From assembly GCF_056712565.1 (NCBI RefSeq), contig NZ_JBWXXM010000002.1: a stretch of DNA of 64,000 nucleotides. One strand, written 5' to 3'. Made by a program: the position numbers and the translations under genes. Positions 62,956 to 64,000 of this stretch are shown one piece after another. This DNA comes from a plasmid. The stretch's first letter is position 1; the number at the start of each line of letters is the position of its first letter. The notes beneath the pieces are model-generated. The model was not told the origin of the DNA and did not search any database. It saw only the letters and a program-made list of their open reading frames with translations.

Positions 62956-63474
62956 ATGATGTTTTTTTTAACAAAGTTACTTTTGCCCATCATGATTGTT
63001 GTATTCCCAGTGGCGTCCTGGGGGAACTCAACAACTTTTGAGGCAAAGGTGGTTAAGATTGTTGACGGTGACACCATAACTGCGTTGGATGCTCAAAACA
63101 CAACCATCAAAATACGGATGTATGGTATAGACGCTCCTGAATCTAAACAGGCTTTTGGCCAAAAAGCAAAACAGGCCTTAACCACAGCTATAGCAACTAA
63201 AATCGTTACCGTGATAGACCATGGTACGGATATCTATGGCCGTATGTTAGGTACCATCTGGTTAGATGGATATGATATCAATGCCTCTATGGTGGACAGT
63301 GGATATGCGTGGGTTTATCGGTTCGAAGATAACGCCATTGTCCCTGGCTATATCAAATATGAATCCGCAGCACAAAAGGAGGCAAAAGGGTTATGGGCAG
63401 ACACCAACCCTGTCCCACCATGGCAGTGGAGACAGGCAAACGAAAAGCCCAGAAAGGTGAAAGAGAAGAAATAA
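62956..63474 (+). CDS. secreted thermonuclease (SNase-like)
   Basis: signal peptide MMFFLTKLLLPIMIVVFPVASW; VDGDTI, RMYGIDAPE, YAWVY. Confidence 0.7.
   Translation: MMFFLTKLLLPIMIVVFPVASWGNSTTFEAKVVKIVDGDTITALDAQNTTIKIRMYGIDAPESKQAFGQKAKQALTTAIATKIVTVIDHGTDIYGRMLGTIWLDGYDINASMVDSGYAWVYRFEDNAIVPGYIKYESAAQKEAKGLWADTNPVPPWQWRQANEKPRKVKEKK
62973..62983 (-). repeat. AAAGTAACTTT motif copy 9 (inside thermonuclease signal-peptide region)
   Basis: plus strand reads AAAGTTACTTT. Confidence 0.6.
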
Positions 63475-63476
63475 CC

Positions 63477-64000
63477 ATGATGAAAGAGCCTCATCCGTTA
63501 CTTCAGTTGGTACTAAACGATTCCGGTCGTCTAACCATGCCTGTTTATTATAGAGATCAACAGTATTGCCCGACTTGCCTTACAAAGGTGTTGAAGAGTG
63601 AGGATGGAAGTTTGGCGCACCTCGGGGAAATAAATCAAAATACATGTAGACCTTCTATTTCAGTAGTTGTGACAAAAGCAATTATTGAAATGTTATGTGA
63701 CGGGGAAAAAATATATGTAAATCCAATACGACACCGAGGCCGGGTGCTGGCACCCTCAGTAATTTTTTCTCCCGACACTCACACTTTCAAACCGTTTATA
63801 AATACAGACTATCAGCCTGTGGGAGCAAACTGGAAAAGTGAAAAGGGATATAAACTCGGTCTGTTTTATCTCAAAGATCGAGCCAACTCTATCAATAAAG
63901 AGGAATTTGATTTCATTGCCGTTATAGACCCTGAGGCAATGCAGAAAGAATTTATTTCGGCCTGGTCTGAGGTTGATGAAAAAAATCCATTGGAAACGCT
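63477..64000 (+). CDS. hypothetical protein, 3' end beyond window
   Basis: ATG 63477 directly after nuclease stop; open to window end; absent from ORF track because no stop. Confidence 0.4.
   Translation, partial: MMKEPHPLLQLVLNDSGRLTMPVYYRDQQYCPTCLTKVLKSEDGSLAHLGEINQNTCRPSISVVVTKAIIEMLCDGEKIYVNPIRHRGRVLAPSVIFSPDTHTFKPFINTDYQPVGANWKSEKGYKLGLFYLKDRANSINKEEFDFIAVIDPEAMQKEFISAWSEVDEKNPLET

Overview
Mosaic accessory region of an Enterobacterales replicon, probably a large plasmid or genomic island (inference from IS1, IS5, IS66, IS21 and Tn3-family elements plus a complete tellurite-resistance gene set). Layout: (1) 1-10.3 kb, AT-rich block of unannotatable plus-strand genes: six tandem genes each followed by a GC-rich hairpin, then an 8-gene operon containing a Tus-like protein, ending at a tyrosine recombinase gene; (2) 12.2-20.9 kb, CoiA-like protein and a TerY-P-type operon (three vWA proteins, one TerD-family protein, PP2C phosphatase, Ser/Thr kinase) with IS5 inserted in the 3' end of the kinase gene; (3) 21.3-34.6 kb, terW, the ter-associated biosynthetic module (ATP-grasp, PRTase, HAD, StiP-like, HpcH-like) and terZABCDEF; (4) IS66-family element with 8-bp target duplication; (5) hipBA with four operator repeats, then a cluster with two paralogous HNH nucleases; (6) Tn3-family remnant carrying an AraC/GlxA regulator, two MBL-fold hydrolases and an MFS transporter, truncated by IS1; (7) AT-rich module with a KfrA-like coiled-coil protein, an IS21-family element, a Dcm-like cytosine methyltransferase operon and a secreted thermonuclease. 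Most unexpected signal: the 11-mer AAAGTWACTTT occurs 9 times exactly, inside genes and between them, far above chance. All calls are from reading the sequence and ORF track; no database search was run.
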